From: Actinomycetes bacterium
GTDB lineage: Bacteria; Actinomycetota; Coriobacteriia; Coriobacteriales; Atopobiaceae
Assembly: GCA_029546925.1 (NCBI GenBank)
Contig: JAKPQM010000068.1
Location: 1 to 24,000 of the forward strand
Direction: 5' to 3'
DNA length: 24,000 bases
The position numbers and the translations under genes are program-made. Shown here one piece after another: positions 15,083-23,011 of this stretch. Position 1 is the stretch's first letter. Every line of letters begins with the position of its first letter. A model generated the notes under the pieces. It was not told where the DNA came from and did no database searches. It saw only the letters and a program-made list of their open reading frames with translations.

Positions 15083-15700
15083 CTAAGAACCCTTCTCGAC
15101 GACATATTCCTCCAGACGGTCGGCAACGACTCCCCAGTCGGCCTTCGAGATGTCGGTCGTATCGACTTCGATGAGATCCCCCATCCGGAAGCTGCCATAC
15201 CTCTTCGTCTCACAGCGCCACCGGAGCAGCTCAGGGGTCACCAGGCAGTCGGCCTTCATCCGATCATCTAGGCAATCGCCTTTGTGATAGCGGTTCATCA
15301 AATGGCCTAGATGGCGCGACGGCGCCAGATCCCGCGCCAGGGAGCGCTCGTATATCCTGTCGAGATCCCCTACGAAGCGAACGGTCACCGAACGGTAGCC
15401 GTACTTCTCCACCAACCATTCGAGCATCGGTTTCTGCTTGCCGCTGAAGGGGTAATCGGTGATGATGGGGCCACCCGCCCGCATGAGCTGTTCGATGCGG
15501 GCATAGTATCGGCTCCACACCTCAAGCTCGAGGCGCTCCTTCTCGTCGGCGTCATCGAAACCGCACTCGTCCCAGACCTCCTCTTTTATGTCATCGGGTG
15601 CGACTACCGGGATGCCGGGATGCCGCCCGAGGAACAGGGAGCAAAACGTCGATTTCCCTGTTGCCGGATAGCCCGCGAGCAGTATGAGCACCTGTTCCAT
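15083..15700 (-). CDS. P-loop NTPase, small-molecule or nucleotide kinase-like
   Basis: N-terminal Walker A GYPATGKST followed by the VVAPDDIKEE motif. 205 aa. GGAGGAG lies 7 nt upstream of the ATG. Confidence 0.6.
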   Translation of the reverse strand: MEQVLILLAGYPATGKSTFCSLFLGRHPGIPVVAPDDIKEEVWDECGFDDADEKERLELEVWSRYYARIEQLMRAGGPIITDYPFSGKQKPMLEWLVEKYGYRSVTVRFVGDLDRIYERSLARDLAPSRHLGHLMNRYHKGDCLDDRMKADCLVTPELLRWRCETKRYGSFRMGDLIEVDTTDISKADWGVVADRLEEYVVEKGS

Positions 15701-15733
15701 AACCGATCTCCTCCAACGGGCGACGATCCCGCC

Positions 15734-16129
15734 CTACTTGCCCCGGAGCATATCCTTGGAGCTCCGCATGAGATCTTGCAGCTTGTCGAAGTAGAGCTTC
15801 ATCGAAATGTCATCGCCAGCTGCAGCCGCCTCACGACGCTTCTCGTTGTAGAGACCGATAAGGCCCCTATACGCCTTGCCCACCTGCCGATGGGTCGCGA
15901 TGCTCTGTTCGAAGGCCTCGATGGCGCCATCCACCTCACCTGCTTTGGAGAGTAGCTCGCCGCGCTCATCCAGAAGCATCGCCTTAGCCTTGCCCTCTGC
16001 AGTCTCTATCCTCGCGATAAGCGCATCGGCCTGGGAGACCAGGACGTCGTGGTCGACGGGCCGTCCTGCATCGGCCACAGCACGTTCCGTCTCCCGTGCA
16101 CCGGCCTTCTTCTTGAAGAAATCAAACAT
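15734..16129 (-). CDS. Small all-helical hypothetical protein (TPR-like)
   Basis: 131 aa. GGAGG lies 6 nt upstream of the ATG. The stop is 33 nt before the P-loop gene. Confidence 0.45.
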   Translation of the reverse strand: MFDFFKKKAGARETERAVADAGRPVDHDVLVSQADALIARIETAEGKAKAMLLDERGELLSKAGEVDGAIEAFEQSIATHRQVGKAYRGLIGLYNEKRREAAAAGDDISMKLYFDKLQDLMRSSKDMLRGK

Positions 16130-16200
16130 ACGAGCCTCCTCTAGATGCGAACCAGCCTATAGCTGCAAGCCCAAGGTGCCGATCGGGATCCTCGGGGTGG

Positions 16201-16240
16201 CCGGTGCCATCACGCGCTTCTGGCAGCATGATGGCACCGG
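16201..16240 (-). terminator. Strong stem-loop downstream of PTS IIC (possible terminator, no U-tract)
   Basis: Perfect 12-bp arms CCGGTGCCATCA/TGATGGCACCGG with a 16-nt loop. Confidence 0.4.
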
Positions 16241-16275
16241 CATCGGGACACCGTTGCGAGGATCTTGCCGACGCG

Positions 16276-17595
16276 CTAGACCAAACCACCGAAGAGCAGC
16301 TTGATACCATAGAGCAAAAATCCGGTGAAGACGGTATCAACATCAGTGCAGGTGAGGTTCACGAAACCGATCTGTGCGAGCATCGGAGTGAGCAGCGCGG
16401 GAATAAGCATGATGAAGATGCCGTGCGCGATGCAGCCGATGATCGTACCACGCCGGCCGCCGACCGCATTGGCGAAGATGCCTGCGGTGCCTCCGGCGAA
16501 GAAGTTGGACATGACCCCCGGGATGACCAGATATCCCGTGAGCGGGGTGATGAGCATGCCGATGAGCGAGCCGATGGTCGTGAAGATGAAACCCATGATA
16601 ACTGCATTCGGAGCGAACGGGAAGAGCACGGGGCAGTCGAGGGCGGGCTTGGAGTCGGGAACGAGCTTCATCGAGATGCCCTGGAAGGCGGGGACGATGT
16701 TGTCGAGGAGTTGGCGGACGCCCATCATCAGGATGTAGAGGCCGATAACGAAAGTGCAGCACTGCATGAACGCCTCGACGATATAGTTCATATCGGTGGA
16801 GATGTTCAGGTTGCCCTTGAGCTGCTCGACAACGGCGGCAGACTTATCCGGCCCGGCAACGAAGGCTGTGACGAGATAGAAGACGAGCATGACGATGAAG
16901 ACCGAGAGGTAGGTATCGTTCAGGAAGTCGAGTTTCTCAGGGATCTCGAGATCCTCGGTCGATTTGGACTCGTCGCCCGTGAGCTTCGCAACGCCGGCGG
17001 CAACCATATAGCCGATGGTGCAGAAGTGGCCGAGCGCGATGTCATCGGAACCCGTGATCTTGCGCACGATCGGCTGCGCTATGGCGGGCATGAGGGTCGC
17101 GAAGCATCCACCGACGATGGAAGCGAGCAGGATCAGGGGGAAGCCGCGGAGACCGAGGAACCAAGAGAACACCACGGCGAGCGTCGCTTCCCAGAGAAGG
17201 GCTTGGCCCGTAAGGAAGATATATTTGAGTTTGGTAACGCGTGCGAGGATGATATTGACGATGAAGATGCCCGCGAGCGTGATCGCGATCTCCGATCCAA
17301 GGCCGAGATCGGTCATCGCCTGGCCGTTGATCCCCTCGATGGAGGCGACGACCGCCCCTCCCGATGCACCGAGATTGAACGCGGAGTTGAACAGCGCGCC
17401 GAAGTATTGCAGCGACTGCTGGAGGACCGTCGAGCCGGCCGCCAGGATCATGAAGCCGAACAGGGTTTTCATGGTTCCCGCAAAAACCTCGTTGGCGGGT
17501 TTCTTCTGCAGGACAAGACCCAAGAAAGCAATAAGGGCGATGATGATCGCTGCTTGGGTCAAAATATTGTTGATAATCCATTCGAGTATGAACAT
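16276..17595 (-). CDS. PTS EIIC, ascorbate family (UlaA/SgaT-like)
   Basis: 439 aa polytopic membrane protein. The N-terminus MFILEWIINNILTQAAIIIALIAFLGLVLQKK is typical of SgaT/UlaA. AAGGGGG lies 6 nt upstream. Confidence 0.9.
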   Translation of the reverse strand: MFILEWIINNILTQAAIIIALIAFLGLVLQKKPANEVFAGTMKTLFGFMILAAGSTVLQQSLQYFGALFNSAFNLGASGGAVVASIEGINGQAMTDLGLGSEIAITLAGIFIVNIILARVTKLKYIFLTGQALLWEATLAVVFSWFLGLRGFPLILLASIVGGCFATLMPAIAQPIVRKITGSDDIALGHFCTIGYMVAAGVAKLTGDESKSTEDLEIPEKLDFLNDTYLSVFIVMLVFYLVTAFVAGPDKSAAVVEQLKGNLNISTDMNYIVEAFMQCCTFVIGLYILMMGVRQLLDNIVPAFQGISMKLVPDSKPALDCPVLFPFAPNAVIMGFIFTTIGSLIGMLITPLTGYLVIPGVMSNFFAGGTAGIFANAVGGRRGTIIGCIAHGIFIMLIPALLTPMLAQIGFVNLTCTDVDTVFTGFLLYGIKLLFGGLV

Positions 17596-17640
17596 ACCCA
17601 GCCCCCTTCATAGGACGTATGCGCACGACACCGTCTCGGA

Positions 17641-17940
17641 CTAGTGAATCTCACCCATCTCACGCAGGATCGGCGTGAGCTTCTCCGTTATCTCCTTCTT
17701 GTCGACAAGCCTCTCCAAAAACACTACGGGGCAAGAGAGGTTCTTCCTCTCTATGAGCTTTTGGAAATTCTTGCCCGCACATACGATGTCCACATCGTTT
17801 GCCAGAGAGCTAATCGAGGTGGTGTCGGTATGGCTGACCTTCGCCTTCACCCCCATGGCGGTGACCGCCTGCTCGATTGCCATCTGGCACGCAAGGCTGC
17901 TGCCCAAGCCCGCCCCGCACACTGCCATAATCTTGATCAT
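17641..17940 (-). CDS. PTS EIIB (UlaB/SgaB-like)
   Basis: 99 aa. MIKIMAVCGAGLGSS contains the phospho-Cys motif. Confidence 0.85.
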   Translation of the reverse strand: MIKIMAVCGAGLGSSLACQMAIEQAVTAMGVKAKVSHTDTTSISSLANDVDIVCAGKNFQKLIERKNLSCPVVFLERLVDKKEITEKLTPILREMGEIH

Positions 17941-17996
17941 TGATGCACCTCCCCTCTTGCGCCTCGCCCTGACAGATCAAACACAGTCGCCGGGTC

Positions 17997-18464
17997 CTAT
18001 CGGCCCTCTGGACTCGTAAGCATCCGATAGGCCTCGGCAGTCGTCGCGCATTCCGCAAGCTGCCGGACCCTCTCTTCGTCCATGCAGATATTCGCAAGCA
18101 TCCGTATGACCTCGATATGGGAATCCGCATCCTCGGCCGCGAGCGCGAAGAGTATCCTGACCGGGAAGCTCTCCTCGGAGAACACGACGGGTTGGCGCAC
18201 TAGCGTAACCGCCATCTGCTTGCGGATAGCACCTTCCTCGGGACGGGCATGGATCAGCGCGACGTCCTCCGTGAGCACATAATAGGGTCCGAGCTCTTCG
18301 GTGTCCTTGATGATGTTCTCGGCATAGTGAGGCTCCGCATATCCGCCCTCGACCAACGGTCGGCAGGCAACGCGGATCGCATCCTCCCAGCTGGAGACCT
18401 CCTCCACGATGCGGATGTTCTCGGGTCTGAGCAGCTCTTCGATGCCCTGTGCATCCAGTTCCAT
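17997..18464 (-). CDS. PTS EIIA (mannitol/fructose/ascorbate EIIA_2 type)
   Basis: 155 aa. The ALIHARPEEG segment contains the active-site His. A strong GGAGGGAGGAG RBS is present. Confidence 0.85.
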   Translation of the reverse strand: MELDAQGIEELLRPENIRIVEEVSSWEDAIRVACRPLVEGGYAEPHYAENIIKDTEELGPYYVLTEDVALIHARPEEGAIRKQMAVTLVRQPVVFSEESFPVRILFALAAEDADSHIEVIRMLANICMDEERVRQLAECATTAEAYRMLTSPEGR

Positions 18465-18539
18465 GGTTCTCCTCCCTCCAACTTGACAGTCGCCCTGCAG
18501 GCGACGATGGACGACCCGTCGGTCCCATGCCCGACGGTG

Positions 18540-19382
18540 TCATATGTTCTTGAATAGGCTGATCTTATGCTCGATGATTTGGGTGATGGCGTCGAGGGCG
18601 GGCACCACGTTGTCGCGGTTGGAAGTGTTCTCCTTATTGGAGGAATACAGCGTGCGCGACGTGATGTTCCATCGAACCAGCAATTCGGTACCGACGTTGA
18701 ACTTGCGGATGCCACGGTCGATGACCTTGTGGATGTCCTCATCGGAGACGCCCGTCCCGCCATGGATGACGAGAGGCTTCGATACGGCCCCGTGGATGGA
18801 CTCGAGAACCCCGAAGTCTATGCTGGTCTTCGATTTGTACTGCCCGTGGTTGGTGCCGATGGCGACCGCCAGGGCATCGATGCCGGTCTTCTCTATGAAC
18901 TCCACGGCATCTTCGGGATCGGTCAGATGCACTCCGTCGGAATGCACGACGACCCCGTCCTCGGTTCCGCCAACCGTGCCCAGCTCCGCCTCGACGGAGG
19001 CGCCTGCCGCATGCGCATACTCGACCACCCGTTTCGTCCCGAGGATGTTCTCCTTGAAGGGCAGGGCCGATCCGTCATACATGACCGATGAGTACCCGGC
19101 GTCCACAGCCGCACGAATGGTATCCCAGTTCTTCGCATGGTCGAGGTGCAGGACGGCATCGACACCGTATTCCCCGGCAAGCGACGTAACGACTGCCACC
19201 AACGTTTTCATCCCCACATACGCAGCGGTCCCCTCGGATGTTTGGACGATAACAGGAGTCTTTTGGTTGCTCGCCGCGCGGATAATCGCAGGAACCATCT
19301 CTAGATTGTGAGTATTGAACGCCCCGATGGCCATATGCAGCTGATCAGCTTCTTGCAGGACTTTCTTCAGGGTCGTATACAC
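18540..19382 (-). CDS. Class II ketose-bisphosphate aldolase (FBA/GatY/KbaY family)
   Basis: HLDH and HGGTG metal and phosphate motifs, about 280 aa. Start set at GTG 19382 (AAGGAGG 7 nt upstream); the track start at 19475 would cover the promoter. Confidence 0.9.
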   Translation of the reverse strand: MYTTLKKVLQEADQLHMAIGAFNTHNLEMVPAIIRAASNQKTPVIVQTSEGTAAYVGMKTLVAVVTSLAGEYGVDAVLHLDHAKNWDTIRAAVDAGYSSVMYDGSALPFKENILGTKRVVEYAHAAGASVEAELGTVGGTEDGVVVHSDGVHLTDPEDAVEFIEKTGIDALAVAIGTNHGQYKSKTSIDFGVLESIHGAVSKPLVIHGGTGVSDEDIHKVIDRGIRKFNVGTELLVRWNITSRTLYSSNKENTSNRDNVVPALDAITQIIEHKISLFKNI

Positions 19383-19419
19383 AATGCCGCCTCCTTGCTT
19401 CGTTCTTTTTTGATTGTAC

Positions 19420-19451
19420 CGGTTATTCGGTTGTCCGATTGTTCGAACAAT
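19420..19451. promoter_or_regulatory. Candidate operator: tandem 8-mers ending in a 14-bp perfect palindrome
   Basis: CGGTTATT CGGTTGTC CGATTGTT CGAACAAT (19420-19451). ATTGTTCGAACAAT (19438-19451) is a perfect palindrome placed just downstream of the -10. Confidence 0.45.
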
Positions 19452-19455
19452 TAAA

Positions 19456-19483
19456 AGTATAGGTATCCAACGCATGCTGTCAA
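19456..19483 (-). promoter_or_regulatory. Sigma70-type promoter of the aldolase-PTS operon
   Basis: On the minus strand: TTGACA (19483-19478), a 16-nt spacer, then TATACT (19461-19456). Confidence 0.55.
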
Positions 19484-19781
19484 GAAATTTTCCGAATCAT
19501 CCCGCTGCGGATATGAACGGTACCATCTCGGCCCTGAGCGGCTTGTGCGGAAGCGTATCAGAGACGGTCGGATGCTGTAGATGACAGGGCTATCGCGCGA
19601 AGTGCCTATAAAGCAAGACGCTGAGTCGCAGATTCAAACGCATCCAAGCGCCCCTCGACGTCGGTCGATGACGCCAGCGCCGTCTTCGACCTGCATCTCC
19701 CAATGGGACCTCTGGTATAGCGTGCAGGCTGTGCCACCGGGAATCGAGCGACATTATCCATAGACAAGCGGATGTCCCACA

Positions 19782-21158
19782 CTACCGCTCCCACACGGGT
19801 GGCGCGGCCACAATACCATCCAAAGACCCCTTCGAGAGCTCGCGTGCGACAAGCGGGAGCATGTAGAGCGGAAGGTAGCGGACGGACTTGCCTCCCCGAA
19901 CCTCGGTAGACACGTTCGCCTCGGAGAGCACGTAGGCTCGCTCGATCCCGTACTCATCGGAACGGAGCAGATTGTCGAGCGCCACATGGCGCCGGTAGCC
20001 CTTCCCCGACTTCACCTCGACAGGGAGCACCTTGCTTCCGGTCTCCCCCATGAAGTCCACCTCACCGAGCTTCGTATGATAGTAATAATGAAGCGGGACA
20101 CCCCACGCAGCAAGCTCTTGGGCAACGACGTTCTCGTAGACCCCTCCGAAGTTCACGCTCCGTTCCCCTGCCAACGCCGCGAGTGCAACGTCGGTCTTGT
20201 ACTGGGACATAAGCATGCCTGCATCGGAAAAGTAGAGTTTGAAGCGATTGTTCTCCTCGCTGCGCTCGAGCATGGGACGCGGATCGGCCACGCAAGTCGC
20301 CTTAAGGGCCGCGCACGCACCGACAAGCCAGGCGAAATCGTTCGCATAGCGCTCGAACTTGGCCTCCACCCGGATCTGCTTGAAGATGAAGCGCTTGTTC
20401 TCCTTGCCAAGCTGGGCAGGGATGGAATCGTAGATAGCCTTGACCTGCAACGCCCGGTCACCGGCATGCTTGACCATGTCCTCACGATAGAGCGCGACAA
20501 GGTTCTCCTGTGTCTGACGCGCGGCTCCGAGGTCGAATCCATTGTCAAGATAGGCCTGTACACTACGCGGCATCCCGCCGATCACTGCATATAATCTGAA
20601 CACGCGGAGCAACCTTTCATGGGTCTGCTCGTCAGCGGGCAGCCCCTCTGAAAAGCACTCCTCAAGCGTCTCCCAAATGGTTCTGGGAACATTGAGCGCA
20701 TCGCAAAACTCCGAGAAGCTCAAGGGATACATGCGTTCCTCGCGCAGAAACCCCACGGGGAACGATCTCACATGGCCAAGCTCTACCCCCAGCATGGAAC
20801 CGCTCATGACGAGGGGAAACCTTCCGTCCTGAACCAGGTACTTCGAGAGCGTGACGAGGTTCTGGGCCTCCTGTACCTCGTCAAGGAAGACGAGCGTCTC
20901 TCCGGGAACTACCCTCCTTCCCGATGCGAGCGTGAGCGCCTCGATGGCTTGCCGCGCATTCATAGCGGCGGCAAGCGTTGTAGCAAGCTGGGAATCCTCG
21001 ATGAAATCGACCTTGATGAAGGAGGGGTACTCTCTTCGGGCGAATTCCTCGATGAGGAAGGTCTTGCCTATCTGGCGCGCCCCGTCCACAAGAAGCGCAG
21101 TACCGTCCGAATCTTGCTTCCATTTGGCAAGCATATCGTATGCAGTGCGCTCGAGCAT
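19782..21158 (-). CDS. AAA+ ATPase with a DUF4143-type C-terminal domain (PD-(D/E)xK-like motif)
   Basis: Walker A GARQIGKT, Walker B LVFLDEVQ, and C-terminal GEVDF...LPVEVKSG. Start set at ATG 21158 (GAGAGG 5 nt upstream). Confidence 0.8.
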   Translation of the reverse strand: MLERTAYDMLAKWKQDSDGTALLVDGARQIGKTFLIEEFARREYPSFIKVDFIEDSQLATTLAAAMNARQAIEALTLASGRRVVPGETLVFLDEVQEAQNLVTLSKYLVQDGRFPLVMSGSMLGVELGHVRSFPVGFLREERMYPLSFSEFCDALNVPRTIWETLEECFSEGLPADEQTHERLLRVFRLYAVIGGMPRSVQAYLDNGFDLGAARQTQENLVALYREDMVKHAGDRALQVKAIYDSIPAQLGKENKRFIFKQIRVEAKFERYANDFAWLVGACAALKATCVADPRPMLERSEENNRFKLYFSDAGMLMSQYKTDVALAALAGERSVNFGGVYENVVAQELAAWGVPLHYYYHTKLGEVDFMGETGSKVLPVEVKSGKGYRRHVALDNLLRSDEYGIERAYVLSEANVSTEVRGGKSVRYLPLYMLPLVARELSKGSLDGIVAAPPVWER

Positions 21159-21172
21159 ATTCACCTCTCTTT

Positions 21173-21246
21173 ATGCCGCTAACACAACGTAATTTTATGT
21201 TGATAATGCCGCTAACACAACACCAAAAACTCGATTTCGCCGCTAA
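21173..21246. repeat. Direct repeats ATGCCGCTAACACAAC x2 plus a degenerate third copy
   Basis: 16-mers at 21173-21188 and 21206-21221 (33-bp offset), and GCCGCTAA again at 21239-21246. They bracket a TAAAAT -10-like hexamer on the minus strand. Confidence 0.6.
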
Positions 21247-21702
21247 TGCATCCACTGCAAAGCTTGGACAGATTCACACCGGTCCATACCTACAACGATG
21301 TTTAGTAGACTCTTGCTTACCGAGAGCTCCTTGACCTTGCAGACGGCTGTCCTAGCCACGCAGGAGTCGCGAGCAAGCTCTGTCGCAAAACGGCCGTTAA
21401 CCTTATGTAAATCATCGGCAATCTTTTGAAGCGGCAGACTGCAAACTCAGCCTATCGTATCCCCTCGAACAACCTCGCCAGCCTGCCAACCTATGAACCT
21501 ATGCGTCCTCCGGCACCGCAGGTCCCCCATCACCGGAGATGCCCCTAAAAGTCTTGAAGAGCTGGAAAACAACCATTCAGCTAAATAGAGTAGACTGAAT
21601 CCATATAGTTAGGATGATTATTCTAAGTGTCCTCACTCTTGTTTTCTGTTCGGTCGGTCTCCTGAGACGTACGCTAATGGATGAGCGCTATGGAGGATGG
21701 TC

Positions 21703-22476
21703 ATGAGTGTCCACGATCGTCTTGTAAAATCAAGACATGCTGCAATAATCAAATTGTTGTCGGAGCATGGCAAAATGCGCATCAATGACCTTGCCGATAG
21801 GTTTGGCGTCTCTCCGCTCACCATCAGAAGAGACTTGAATTGTCTCATCGAAGAAGGCGTCGCCCGCAGAACTCACGGTTGGGCTGAGATTATCGACCCT
21901 TTCGGTGGCCCCATCCATTCAAATGCAATCATGGCGAAGCGCGTTATCGCACGGAAGGCTGCTCATCTAGTAAATGATGGCGACACGGTCTTTATCAACA
22001 CGAGCTCGACAGCTCTTTCTGTGATTGAGCATATCGCCGCGCAAAACGTTACGATTGTAACCAATAATGGCAAGGTCCTACAGCTAAACTTGCCTCCGAC
22101 CCTCTCGGTGATTCTCGCGGGTGGCGAAATCCGACTCCCCAAATGGTCGATGGCCGGAGAGTTCACGATGGCCGGCATTAAACAAGTCAGCGCCGCCAAA
22201 GCAATCATGGGATGCTCGGGTATCTCGGCAGCACGAGGCCTTACCACACTCGTCTCGCATGAGACGAGCATCAACTCGCTTATGCTCGAACGCTCTGAGA
22301 AGCATATCATTGTGGCCGATAGCACTAAAATCGGCATAGACTCAAGCTTCTGCTACGGCAGACCCGACCAGATTGACGTCCTTATCACAGACACGGATGC
22401 GGACGAAGACGAGCTTGCACGTCTTAGACAGGCAGGTACAAGGAGGATCATCCAAGCTGATCCGCATATCTCTTAA
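21703..22476 (+). CDS. DeoR/GlpR-family transcriptional regulator
   Basis: N-terminal HTH INDLADRFGVSPLTIRRDLNCLIEEG plus a DeoR C-terminal sugar-phosphate-binding-type domain. Start set at ATG 21703 (GGAGG 6 nt upstream). Confidence 0.85.
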   Translation: MSVHDRLVKSRHAAIIKLLSEHGKMRINDLADRFGVSPLTIRRDLNCLIEEGVARRTHGWAEIIDPFGGPIHSNAIMAKRVIARKAAHLVNDGDTVFINTSSTALSVIEHIAAQNVTIVTNNGKVLQLNLPPTLSVILAGGEIRLPKWSMAGEFTMAGIKQVSAAKAIMGCSGISAARGLTTLVSHETSINSLMLERSEKHIIVADSTKIGIDSSFCYGRPDQIDVLITDTDADEDELARLRQAGTRRIIQADPHIS

Positions 22477-22499
22477 TATCGAGGAAGACAGCCCGAATC

Positions 22500-22994
22500 A
22501 TGACCATACAATTCTTCAACGTGGCACTGCTGATCATACTCACCACTGCCACACTCGCTGTATGCATCTACGCAATCCGAACAAGCAGGAGTATATCCAT
22601 CCGGGGAACAGATAGTTTTGTGCCAGTAGCCGTACTCGCATTGGCAGCGCTCTTCCTTCTCCCTCTTTCTCCCACAACGACCTTCGTTGAGATGGCGCGA
22701 AATGCCATGTTCCTCACATTCCTTCTCGCGACACGCCAAGTCAAGCTTGGATTCTCCGAGAAAGGCTTTGTGACCAGATTCCGCACCTTCCCGTGGGGCG
22801 ACGTGAGCGCAGTGTCCGCCAGCCCACAAGGTTCAAACAAGCTGCGCATTACCGTATCTTCAGGATACGGCCAAGCCGGTTTGACCTTCCATCGTTTTGA
22901 CTTTGAGAGGATTGCCGATTTCCTACGCAACCGATCTGTCAGTATGCAAGTCGACGCTTCTCTTAAAATTGAAGACGAGGAGGCTCGGGAGTAA
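22500..22994 (+). CDS. Hypothetical membrane protein (three hydrophobic helices plus a soluble C-terminal domain)
   Basis: 164 aa, starting 24 nt after the DeoR stop. The RBS is weak. Confidence 0.45.
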   Translation: MTIQFFNVALLIILTTATLAVCIYAIRTSRSISIRGTDSFVPVAVLALAALFLLPLSPTTTFVEMARNAMFLTFLLATRQVKLGFSEKGFVTRFRTFPWGDVSAVSASPQGSNKLRITVSSGYGQAGLTFHRFDFERIADFLRNRSVSMQVDASLKIEDEEARE

Positions 22995-23011
22995 CTGCGA
23001 GAGCCATGCAG

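Noticed and set aside
14962-15213. 84-codon N-terminal extension of the GntR ORF in the track (start at 15213)
   Set aside because: The extension is Arg/Ser-rich and overlaps the 3' end of the P-loop gene. The conserved wHTH begins shortly after the Met cluster at 14949-14961.
18465-18539. Two hairpins between the aldolase and EIIA genes (GTCGCC-CTGCA-GGCGAC and CCGTCGG-N8-CCGACGG) as a RAT/antiterminator switch
   Set aside because: No BglG/LicT-type antiterminator or PRD regulator is encoded nearby. No U-tract follows either hairpin, so these are probably just intercistronic structure.
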